Assembly (NCBI RefSeq): GCF_964355755.1
Contig: NC_092675.1
Coordinates: 12,457,812 to 12,521,811, forward strand
Length of the DNA stretch: 64,000 nt
Source of the DNA: Antedon mediterranea
Taxonomy: Eukaryota; Animalia; Echinodermata
Reading direction: 5' to 3'
Program-made: the position numbers and the translations under genes
The notes under the pieces: model-generated
Told to the model about the DNA's origin: nothing
Database searches by the model: none
What the model saw: only the letters and a program-made list of their open reading frames with translations
In this document: positions 51,901-64,000 of the stretch, one piece after another
Layout: each line of letters opens with the position of its first letter
Numbering within the stretch: the stretch's first letter is position 1

Positions 51901-54900
51901 CAATCGTATTTGGAGACGTTTTAGACCATTTTGAGCATTTAGACAAAACTTTTTCCCACCAAAGTGCTTAGAATAGCTTCAAATCGCATTTGGAGACGTT
52001 TTAGATCATTTTGTGATTTTAGAAAAAAACTTGTTAACATAAAAACACGAAAGTGCTTAGAATAGCTTCAAATCGCATTTGGAGACGTTTTAGACCATTT
52101 TGTGCATTTCGATGAAACTTGGTTACACAAAAACATCAAAGTGCTTAAAATCACATTATAAACCGTTTTAGACCATTTTGAGCATTTCGATAACACTTTT
52201 CACACAAAAACATCAAAGAGCACAAAATAGCTTAATATCGTATTTAAAAACGTTTTCGACCATTTTGAGCATTTCGACAAAACTTTTTCACACAAAACAC
52301 CAAAGTGCTTAGAATAGCTTCAAATCGCATTTGGAGACGTTTTAGACCAATTTGTGCATTTCGATGAAACTTGGTTACACAAAAACATCAAAGTGCTTAA
52401 ACCACATTATAAATCGTTTTAGACCATTTTTAGCATTTCGATAACACTTTTTCACACAAAACACCAAAGTGCTTAGAATAGCTTCAAATCGCATTTGGAG
52501 ACGTTTTAGACCATTTTGTGATTTTCGAAAAAACTTGTTAACATAAAAACACCAAAGTGATTAGAATAGCTTCAAATAGCATTTGGAGATGTTTTAGACC
52601 ATTTTGTGATTTTCGAAAAAAATTGTTAACATAAAAACACCAAAGTGATTAAAATAGCTTCAAATCGCATTTGGAGACGTTTTAGACCATTTTGTGGTTT
52701 TCGAAAAAAACTTGTTAACATAAAAACACCAAAGTGCTTAGAATAGCTTCAAATCGCATTTGGAGACGTTTTAGACCATTTTGTGCATTTCGATGAAACT
52801 TGGTTACACAAAAACATCAAAGTGCTTAAAATCACATTATAAACCGTTTTAGACCATTTTGAGCATTTCGATAACACTGTTCACACAAAAACATCAAAGA
52901 ACACAAAATAGCTTAATATCGTATTTAAAAACGTTTTAGACCATTTTGAGCATTTCGACAAAACTTTTTTACACAAAAGACCAAAGTGCTTAGAATAATT
53001 TCAAATCGCATTTGGAGACGTTTTCGACCAATTTGTGCATTTCGATGAAATTTCGTTACACAAAAACATCAAAGTGCTTAAAATCACATTATAAACCGTT
53101 TTAGACCATTTTGAGCATTTCGATAACACTTTTTCACACAAAACACCAAAGTGCTTAGAATAGCTTCAAATCGCATTTGAAGACGTTTTAGACCATTTTG
53201 TGATTTTCGAAAAAACTTGTTAACATAAAAACACCAAAGTGATTAGAATAGCTTCAAATCGCATTTGGAGATGTTTTAGACCATTTTGTGATTTTCGAAA
53301 AAACTTGTTAACATAAAAACACCAAAGTGCTTAGAATAGCTTCAAATCGCATTTGGAGACGTTTTAGACCAATTTGTGATTTTCGAAAAAAATTGTCAAC
53401 ATAAAAACACCAAAGTGTTTATAATAGCTTCAAATCGCATTTGGAGACGTTTTAGACCAATTTGTGATTTTCGCAAAAACTTATCAACATAAAAACACCA
53501 AAGGGTTTAGAATAGCTTCAAATCGCATTTGGAGGCGTTTTAGACCATTTTGTGATTTTCTAAAAAACTTGTTAACATAAAAACACCAAAGTGCCTAGAA
53601 TAGCTTCAAATCGCATTTGGAGACGTTTTAGACCATTTTGTGATTTTCGAAAAAAAATTGTTAACATAAAAACACCAAAGTGCTTTAGAATCACATTATA
53701 AACCGTTTTAGACCATTTTGAGCATTTCGATAACACTTTTCACACAAAAACATCAAAGAGCACAAAATAGCTTAATATCGTATTTAAAAATGTTTTAGAC
53801 CATTTTGAGCATTTAGACAAAACTTTTTCACACAAAACACCAAAGTGCTTAGAATAGCTTCAAATCGCATTTGGAGACGTTTTAGACCATTTTGTGATTT
53901 TCGAAAAAACTTGTTAACATAAACACACCAAAAGGCTTAGAATAGCTTCTAATCGCATTTGGAGACATTTTAGACCAATTTGTGATTTTCGAAAAAACTT
54001 GTCAACATAAAAACACCAAAGGGTTTAGAATAGCTTCAAATCGCATTTGGAGACGTTTTAGACCAATTTGTGATTTTCGAAAAAACTTATCAACATAAAA
54101 ACACCAAAGTTCTTAGAATCACATTATAAACCGTTTTAGACCATTTTGAGCATTTCGATAACAATTTTCACACAAAAACATCAAAGAGCACAAAATAGCT
54201 TAATATCGTATTTAAAAACGTTTTAGACCATTTTGAGCATTTCGACAAAACTTTTTCACACTAAACACAAAAGTGCTTAGAATAGCTTCAAATCGCATTT
54301 GGAGACGTTTTAGACCAATTTGTGCATTTCGATGAAACTTGGTTACACAAAAACATCAAAGTGCTTAAAATCACATTATAAACCGTTTTAGACCATTTTG
54401 AGCATTTCGATAACACTTTTCACACAAAAACATCAAAGAGCACAAATTAGCTTAATATCGTATTTAAAAACGTTTTAGACCATTTTGAGCATTTCGACAA
54501 AACTTTTTCACACAAAACACCAAAGTGCTTAGAATAGCTTCAAATCGCATTTGGAGACGTTTTAGACCATTTTGTGATTTTCGAAAAAACTTGTTAACAT
54601 AAAAACACTAAAGTGCTTAGAATAGCTTCAAATCGCATTTGGAGACGTTTTAGACCATTTTGAGCATTTAGAAAAAACTTTTTCACACCAAAGTGCTTAG
54701 AATAGCTTCAAATCCCATTTGGAGACGTTTTAGATCATTTTGTGATTTTAGAAAAAAACTTGTTAACATAAAAACACCAAAGTGCTTAGAATAGCTTAAA
54801 ATCGTATTTGGAGACGTTTTAGACCATTTTGTGATTTTCGAAAAAACTTGGTTACACAAAAACATCAAAGTGCTTAAAATCACATTATAAACCGTTTTAG

Positions 54901-57900
54901 ACCATTTTGAGCATTTCTATAACACTTTTCACACAAAAACATCAAAGAGCACAAAATAGCTTAATATCGTATTTAAAAACGTTTTAGACCATTTTGAGCA
55001 TTTCGACAAAACTTTTTCACACAAAAACACCAAAGTGCTTAGAATAGCTTCAAATCGCATTTGGAGACGTTTTAGACCATTTTGTGATTTTCGAAAAAAC
55101 TTGTTAACATAAAAACACCAAAGTGCTTAGAATAGCTTCAAATCGCAATTGGAGACGTTTTAGACCATTTTAGTGATTTTCGAAAAAACTTGGTTACACA
55201 AAAACATCAAATTGCTTAAAATCACATTATAAACCGTTTTAGACCATTTTGAGCATTTCGATAACACTTTTCACACAAAAACATCAAAGAGAACAAAATA
55301 GCTTAATATCGTATTTAAAAACGTTTTAGACCATTTTGAGCATTTCGACAAAACTTGTTAACATAAAAACACCAAAGTCCTTAGAATAGCTTCAAATCGC
55401 ATTTGGAGACGTTTTAGACCGTTTTGTGATTTTCGAAAAAAATTGTTAACATAAAAAAACCAAAGTGCTTAGAATCACATTATAAACCGTTTTAGACCAT
55501 TTTGAGCATTTCGATAACAATTTTCACACAAAAACATCAAAGAGCACAAAATAGCTTAATATCGTATTTAAAAATGTTTTAGACGATTTTGAGCATTTAG
55601 ACAAAACTTTTTCACACAAAACACCAAAGTGCTTAGAATAGCTTCAAATCGTTTTTGGAGACGTTTTAGACCATTTTGAGATTTTCGAAAAAACTTGGTG
55701 ACACAAAAACATCAAAGTGCTTAAAATCACATTATAAACCGTTTTAGACCATTTTGAGCATTTCGATAACACTTTTCACACAAAAACATCAAAGAGCACA
55801 AAATAGCTTAATATCGTATTTAAAAACGTTTTAGACCATTTTGAGCATTTCGACAAAACTTTTTCACACAAAACACCAAAGTGCTTAGAATAGCTTCAAA
55901 TCGCATTTGGAGACGTTTTAGACCATTTTGTGATTTTCGAAAAAACTTGTTAACATAAAAACACTAAAGTGCTTAGAATAGCTTCAAATCGCATTTGGAG
56001 ACGTTTTAGACCATTTTGAGCATTTAGAAAAAACTTTTTCACACCAAAGTGCTTAGAATAGCTTCAAATCCCATTTGGAGACGTTTTAGATCATTTTGTG
56101 ATTTTCGAAAAAAACTTGTTAACATAAAAACACCAAAGTGCTTAGAATAGCTTAAAATCGTATTTGGAGACGTTTTAGACCATTTTGTGATTTTCGAAAA
56201 AGCTTGGTTACACAAAAACATCAAAGTGCTTAAAATCACATTATAAACCATTTTAGACCATTTTGAGCATTTCTATAACACTTTTCACACAAAAACATCA
56301 AAGAGCACAAAATAGCTTAATATCGTATTTAAAAACGTTTTAGACCATTTTGAGCATTTCGACAAAACTTTTTCACACAAAACACCAAAGTGCTTAGAAT
56401 AGCTTCAAATCGCATTTGGAGACGTTTTAGACCATTTTGTGATTTTCGAAAAAACTTGTTAACATAAAAACACCAAAGTGCTTAGAATAGCTTCAAATCG
56501 CAATTGGAGACGTTTTAGACCATTTTAGTGATTTTCGAAAAAACTTGGTTACACAAAAACATCAAATTGCTTAAAATCACATTATAAACCGTTTTAAACC
56601 ATTTTGAGCATTTCGATAACACTTTTCACACAAAAACATCAAAGAGCACAAAATAGCTTAATATCGTATTATCAACGTTTTAGACCATTTTGAGCATTTC
56701 GACAAAACTTGTTAACATAAAAACACCAAAGTGCTTAGAATAGCTTCAAATCGCATTTGGAGACGTTTTAGACCGTTTTGTGATTTTCGAAAAAAATTGT
56801 TAACATAAAAAAACCAAAGTGCTTAGAATCACATTATAAACCGTTTTAGACCATTTTGAGCATTTCGATAACAATTTTCACACAAAAACATCAAAGAGCA
56901 CAAAATAGCTTAATATCGTATTTAAAAATGTTTTAGACCATTTTGAGCATTTAGACAAAACTTTTTCACACAAAACACCAAAGTGCTTAGAATAGCTTCA
57001 AATCGTTTTTGGAGACGTTTTAGACCATTTTGAGATTTTCGAAAAAACTTGGTGACACAAAAACATCAAAGTGCTTAAAATCACATTATAAACCGTTTTA
57101 GACCATTTTGAGCATTTCGATAACACTTTTCACACAAAAACATCAAAGAGCACAAAATAGCTTAATATCGTATTTAAAAACGTTTTAGACCATTTTGAGC
57201 ATTTCGACAAAACTTTTTCACACAAAACACCAAAGTGCTTAGAATAGCTTCAAATCGCATTTGGAGACGTTTTAGACCAATTTGTGCATTTCGATGAAAC
57301 TTGGTTACACAAAAACATCAAAGTGCTTAAAATCACATTATAAATCGTTTTAGACCATTTTGAGCATTTCGATAACACTTTTCACACAAAAACATCAAAG
57401 AGCACAAAATAGCTTAATATCGTATTTAAAAACGTTTTAGACTATTTTGAGCATTTAGACAAAACTTTTTCACACAAAACACCAAAGTGCTTAGAATAGC
57501 TTCAAATCGCATTTGGAGACGTTTTAGACCATTTTCTGATTTTCGAAAAAACTGGTTAACATAAAAACACCAAAGTGCTTAGAATAGCTTCAAATCGTAT
57601 TTGGAGACGTTTTAGACCATTTTGTGATTTTCGAAAAAACTTGTTAACATAAAAACACCAAAGTGCTTAGAATAGCTTCAAATCGCATTTGGAGACATTT
57701 TAGACCAATTTGTGATTTTCGAAAAAACTTGTCAACATAAAAACACCAAAGTGTTTAAAATAGCTTCAAATCGCATTTGGAGACGTTTTAGACCAATTTG
57801 TGATTTTCGAAAAAACTTATCAACATAAAAACACGAAAGTGCTTAGAATAGCTTCAAATCGCATTTGGAAACGTTTTAGACCATTTTGTGATTTTCGAAA

Positions 57901-60900
57901 AAACTTGTTAACATAAAAACACCAAAGTGCTTAGAATAGCTTCAAATCGTATTTGGAGACGTTTTAGACCATTTTGTGATTTTCGAAAAAAATTGTTTAC
58001 ATAAAAACACCAAAGTGCTTAGAATCACATTATAAACCGTTTTAGACCATTTTGAGCATTTCGATAACAATTTTCACACAAAAACATCAAAGAGCACAAA
58101 ATAGCTTAATATCGTATTTAAAAATGTTTTAGACCATTTTGAGCATTTAGATAAAACTTTTTCACACAAAACACCAAAGTGCTTAGAATAGCTTCAAATC
58201 GCATTTGGAGACGTTTTAGACCATTTTGTGATATTTGAAAAAACTGGTTAACATAAAAACACCAAAGTGCTTAGAATAGCTTCAAATCGCATTTGGAGAC
58301 GTTTTAGACGATTTGGTGATTTTCGAAAAAACTTGTTAACATAAAAACACCAAAGTGCTTAGAATAGCTTCAAATCGTATTTGGAGACGTTTTAGACCAT
58401 TTTGAGATTTTCGAAAAAACTTGGTTACACAAAAACATAAAAGTGCTTAAAATCACATTATAAACCGTTTTAGACCATTTTGAGCATTTCGATAACACTT
58501 TTCACACAAAAACATCAAAGAGCACAAAATAGCTTAATATCGTATTTAAAAACGTTTTAGACCATTTTGAGCATTTCGACAAAACTTTTTCACACAAAAC
58601 ACCAAAGTGCTTAGAATAGCTTCAAATCGCATTTGGAGACGTTTTAGACCAATTTGTGCATTTCGATGAAACTTGGTTACACAAAAACATCAAAGTGCTT
58701 AAAATCACATTATAAATCGTTTTAGACCATTTTGAGCATTTCGATAACACTTTTCACACAAAAACATCAAACAGCACAAAATAGCTTAATATCGTATTTA
58801 AAAACGTTTTAGACCATTTTGAGCATTTAGACAAAACTTTTTCACACAAAACACCAAAGTGCTTAGAATAGCTTCAAATCGCATTTGGAGACGTTTTAGA
58901 CCATTTTGAGATTTTCGAAAAAACTTGTTAACATAAAAACACCAAAGTGCTTAGAATAGCTTCAAATCGCATTTGGAGACGTTTTAGACCATTTTGTGCA
59001 TTTCGATGAAACTTGGTTACACAAAAACATCAAAGTGCTTAAAATCACATTATAAACCGTTTTAGACCATTTTGAGCATTTCGATAACAGTTTTCACACA
59101 AAAACATCAAAGAGCACAAAATAGCTTAATATCGTATTTAAAAACGTTTTAGACCATTTTGAGCATTTCGACAAAACTTTTTCACACAAAACACCAAAGT
59201 GCTTAGAATAGCTTCATATCGCATTTGGAGACGTTTTAGACCATTTTGTGATTTTCGAAAAAACTTGTTAACATAAAAACACGAAAGTGCTTAGAATAGC
59301 TTCAAATCGCATTTCGAAACGTTTTAGACCATTTTGTGATTTTCGAAAAAACTTGTTAACATAAAAACACCAAAGTGCTTAGAATAGCTTCAAATCGTAT
59401 TTGGAGACGTTTTAGACCATTTTGTGATTTTCGAAAAAATTGTTTACATAAAAACACCAAAGTGCTTAGAATCACATTATAAACCGTTTTAGACCATTTT
59501 GAGCATTTCGATAAAAATTTTCACACAAAAACATCAAAGAGCACAAAATAGCTTAATATCGTATTTAAAAATGTTTTAGACAATTTTGAGCATTTAGACA
59601 AAACTTTTTCACACAAAACACCAAAGTGCTTAGAATAGCTTCAAATCGCATTTGGAGACGTTTTAGACCATTTTGTGATTTTTGAAAAAACTTGTTAACA
59701 TAAAAACACCAAAGTGCTTAGAATAGCTTCAAATCGCATTTGGAGACGTTTTAGACCATTTTGTGATTTTCGAAAAAACTTGTTAACATAAAAACACCAA
59801 AGTGCTTAGAATAGCTTCAAATCGTATTTGGAGACGTTTTAGACCATTTTGAGCATTTAGACAAAACTTTTTCACACCAAAGTGCTTAGAATAGCTTCAA
59901 ATCGCATTTGGAGACGTTTTAGATCATTTTGTGATTTTAGAAAAAAACTTGTTAACATAAAAACACCAAAGTGTTCAGAATAGCTTCAAATCGCATTTGG
60001 AGACGTTTTAGACCATTTTGTGCATTTCGATGAAACTTGGTTACACAAAAACATCAAAGTGCTTAAAATCACCTTATAAACCGTTTTAGACCATTTTGAG
60101 CATTTCGATAACACTGTTCACACAAAAACATCAAAGAGCACAAAATAGCTTAATATCGTATTTAAAAACTTTTTAGACCATTTTGAGAATTTCGACAAAA
60201 CTTTTTTACACAAAACACCAACGTGCTTAGAATAATTTCAAATCGCATTTGGAGACGTTTTAGACCAATTTGTGCATTTCGATGAAATTTCGTTACACAA
60301 AAACATCAAAGTGCTTAAAATCACATTATAAACCGTTTTAGACCATTTTGAGCATTTAGACAAAACTTTTTCACACAAAACACCAAAGTGCTTAGAATAG
60401 CTTCAAATCGCATTTGGAGACGTTTTAGACAATTTTGTGATTTTCGAAAAAACTTGTTAACATAAACACACCAAAGTGCTTAGAATAGCTTCTAATCGCA
60501 TTTGGAGACATGTTAGACCAATTTGTGATTTTCGAAAAAACTTGTCAACATAAAAACACCAAAGGGTTTAGAATAGCTTCAAATCGCATTTGGAGACGTT
60601 TTAGACCAATTTGTGATTTTCGAAAAAACTTATCAACATAAAAACACCAAAGGGTTTAGAATAGCTTCAAATCGCATTTGAAGACGTTTTAGACCATTTT
60701 GTGATTTTCGAAAAAACTTGTTAACATAAAAACACCAAAGTGCTTAGAATAGCTTCAAATCGTATTTGGAGACGTTTTAGACCATTTTGAGATTTTCGAA
60801 AAAACTTGGTTACACAAAAACATCAAAGTGCTTAAAATCACATTATAAACCGTTTTAGACCATTTTGAGCATTTCGATAACACTTTTCACACAAAAACAT

Positions 60901-63900
60901 CAAAGAGCACAAAATAGCTTAATATCGTATTTAAAAACGTTTTAGACCATTTTGAGCATTTTGACAAAACTTTTTCACAGAAAACACCAAAGTGCTTAGA
61001 ATAGCTTCAAATCGCATTTGGAGACGTTTAGACCATTTTGTGATTTTCGAAAAAACTTGTTAACATAAAAACATCAAAGTGTACAGAATAGCTTCAAATC
61101 GCATTTGGAGACGTTTTAGACCATTTTGTGATTTTCGAAAAAAAATGTTAACATAAAAACACCAAAGTGCTTAGAATAGCGTCAAATCGTATTTGGAGAC
61201 GTTTTAAACCATTTTGTGATTTTCGAAAAAACTTGTTAACATAAAAACACCAAAGTGCTTAGAATAGCTTCAAATCGTATTTGGAGACGTTTTAGGCCAT
61301 TTTGTGATTTTCCAAAAAACTTGTTAACATAAAAACACCAAAGTGCTTAGAATAGCTTCAAATCGCATTTGGTGACGTTTTAGACAATTTTGTGCATTTC
61401 GATGAAACTTGGTTACACAAAAACATCAAAGTGCTTAAAATCACATTATAAACCGTTTTAGACCATTTTGAGCATTTCGATAACACTTTTCACACAAAAA
61501 CATCAAAGAGCACAAAATCGCTTAATATCGTATTTAAAAACATTTTAGACCATTTTGAGCATTTAGACAAAACTTTTTCATACAAAACACCAAAGTGCTT
61601 AGAATAGCTTCAAATCGCATTTGGAGACGTTTTAGACCATTTTGTGATTTTCGACAAAACTTGTTAACATAAAAACACCAAAGTGCTTAGAATAGCTTCA
61701 AATCGTATTTGGAGACGTTTTAGACCATTTTGTGATTTTCGAAAAAACTTGTTAACATAAAAACACCAAAGTGCTTAGAATAGCTTCAAATCGCATTTGG
61801 AAACGTTTTAGACAATTTTGTGCATTTCGATGAAACTTGGTTACACAAAAACATCAAAGTGCTTAAAATCACATTATAAACCGTTTTAGACCATTTTGAG
61901 CATTTCGATAACACTTTTCACACAAAAACATCAAAGAGCACAAAATAGCTTAATATCGTATTTAAAAACGTTTTAGACCATTTTGAGCATTTCGACAAAA
62001 CTTTTTCACACAAAACACCAAAGTGCTTAGAATAATTTCAAATCGCATTTGGAGACGTTTTAGACCAATTTGTGCATTTCGATGAAACTTGGTTACACAA
62101 AAACATCAAAGTGCTTAAAATCACATTATAAACCGTTTTAGACCATTTTGAGCATTTCGACAAAACTTTTTCACACAAAACACCAAAGTGATTAGAATAG
62201 CTTCAAATCGCATTTGGAGACGTTTTAGACCATTTTGTGATTTTCGAAAAAACTTGGTAACATAAAAACACCAAAGTGCTTAGAATAGCTTCAAATCGCA
62301 TTTGGAGATGTTTTAGACAATTTTGTGATTTTCGAAAAAACTTGTTAACATAAAAACACCAAAGTGATTAGAATAGCTTCAAATCACATTTGGAGACGTT
62401 TTAGACCATTTTGTGGTTTTCGAAAAAACTTGTTAACATAAAAACACCAAAGTGCTTAGAATAGCTTCAAATCGCATTTGGAGACGTTTTAGACAATTTT
62501 GTGCATTTCGATGAAACTTGGTTACACAAAAACATCAAAGTGCTTAAAATCACATTATAAACCGTTTTAGACCATTTTGAGCATTTCGATAACACTGTTC
62601 ACACAAAAACATCAAAGAGCACAAAATAGCTTAATATCGTATTTAAAAACGTTTTAGACCATTTTGAGCATTTCGACAAAACTTTTTCACACAAAACACC
62701 AAAGTGCTTAGAATAATTTCAAATCGCATTTGGAGATGTTTTAGACCAATTTGTGCATTTCGATGAAACTTCGTTACACAAAAACATCAAAGTGCTTAAA
62801 ACCACATTATAAACCGTTTTAGACCATTTTGAGCATTTCGATAACACTTTTTCACACAAAACACCAAAGTGCTTAGAATAGCTTCAAATCGCATTTGGAG
62901 ACGTTTTAGACCATTTTGTGATTTTCGAAAAAACTTGTTAACATAAAAACACCAAAGTGATTTGAATAGCTTCAAATCGCATTTGGAGGTGTTTTAGACC
63001 ATTTTGTGATTTTCGAAAAAACTTGTTAACATAAAAACACCAAAGTGCTTAGAATAGCTTCAAATCGCATTTGGAGACGTTTTAGACCAATTTGTGATTT
63101 TCGAAAAAAAATTGTCAACATAAAAACACCAAAGTGTTTAGAATAGCTTCAAATCGCATTTGGAGACGTTTTAGACCAATTTGTGATTTTCGCAAAAACT
63201 TATCAACATAAAAACACCAAAGGGTTTAGAATAGCTTCAAATCGCATTTGGAGACGTTTTAGACCATTTTGTGATTTTTGAAAAAACTTGTTAACATAAA
63301 AACACCAAAGTGCTTAGAGTAGCTTCAAATCGCATTTGGAGACGTTTTAGACCATTTTGTGATTTTCGAAAAAACTTGTTAACATAAAAACACCAAAGTG
63401 ATTAGAATAGCTTCAAATCGCATTTGGAGATGTTTTAGACCATTTTGTGATTTTCGAAAAAACTTGTTAACATAAAAACACCAAAGTGCTTAGAATAGCT
63501 TCAAATCGCATTTGGAGACGTTTTAGACCAATTTGTGATTTTCGAAAAAAATTGTCAACATAAAAACACCAAAGTGTTTAGAATAGCTTCAAATCGCATT
63601 TGGAGACGTTTTAGACCAATTTGTGATTTTCGCAAAAACTTATCAACATAAAAACACCAAAGGGTTTAGAATAGCTTCAAATCGCATTTGGAGACGTTTT
63701 AGACCATTTTGTGATTTTCGAAAAAAAGTGTTAACATAAAAACACCAAAGTGCTTAGAATCACATTATAAACCGTTTTAGACCATTTTGAGCATTTCGAT
63801 AACACTTTTCACACAAAAACATCAAAGAGCACAAAATAGCTTAATATCGTATTTAAAAATGTTTTAGACCATTTTGAGCATTTAGACAAAACTTTTTCAC

Positions 63901-64000
63901 ACAAAACACCAAAGTGCTTAGAATAGCTTCAAATCGCATTTGGAGACGTTTTAGACCATTTTGTGATTTTCGAAAAAACTTGTTAACATAAACACACCAA
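39948..64000. repeat. Main satellite B array (88/87/78-bp monomers), uninterrupted to the right edge
   Basis: Continuous head-to-tail TTTTAGACCATTTTG-anchored monomers with local multimer duplications; no insertion or inversion seen. Confidence 0.97.

Noticed and set aside
54683-56251. Two near-identical 66-70 aa ORFs
   Set aside because: Chance open frames in satellite B, duplicated by the 1356-bp repeat.
9575-64000. CRISPR-like array suggested by regular repeats next to a reverse transcriptase
   Set aside because: Units are full-length tandem monomers with no unique spacers, there are no cas genes, and the RT is a eukaryotic LINE ORF2.
26169-64000. CENP-B box in satellite B
   Set aside because: TTCG is present but the downstream CGGG of the canonical box is not; centromeric identity cannot be claimed from sequence.

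Overview
AT-rich eukaryotic (probably invertebrate animal) heterochromatin-like DNA, about 90% tandem repeat, with no host gene. In order: a 19-bp GA-rich minisatellite with ~1.5/3-kb higher-order structure (1-7865); a 1.7-kb island holding a decayed Ty3/Gypsy RT fragment, a 47-bp minisatellite carrying a 23-bp micro-hairpin, and a decayed L2/Crack-like LINE fragment; an 82-bp satellite (A, 9575-26168) interrupted by a young, 5'-truncated but uninterrupted RTE-X-like LINE (14975-18038) inserted with essentially no target-site duplication; a 13.8-kb zone where satellite A alternates with a ~88-bp satellite (B) through exactly re-used junctions, one B block carrying a 741-bp foldback element; and 24 kb of pure satellite B. 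The strongest leads are the amplified two-satellite boundary, the foldback element with a non-matching 8-bp flank, the TSD-less LINE, and an apparent 47-bp to 82-bp satellite lineage. All alignments and counts were done by eye; family names are motif-based and unverified by database search.
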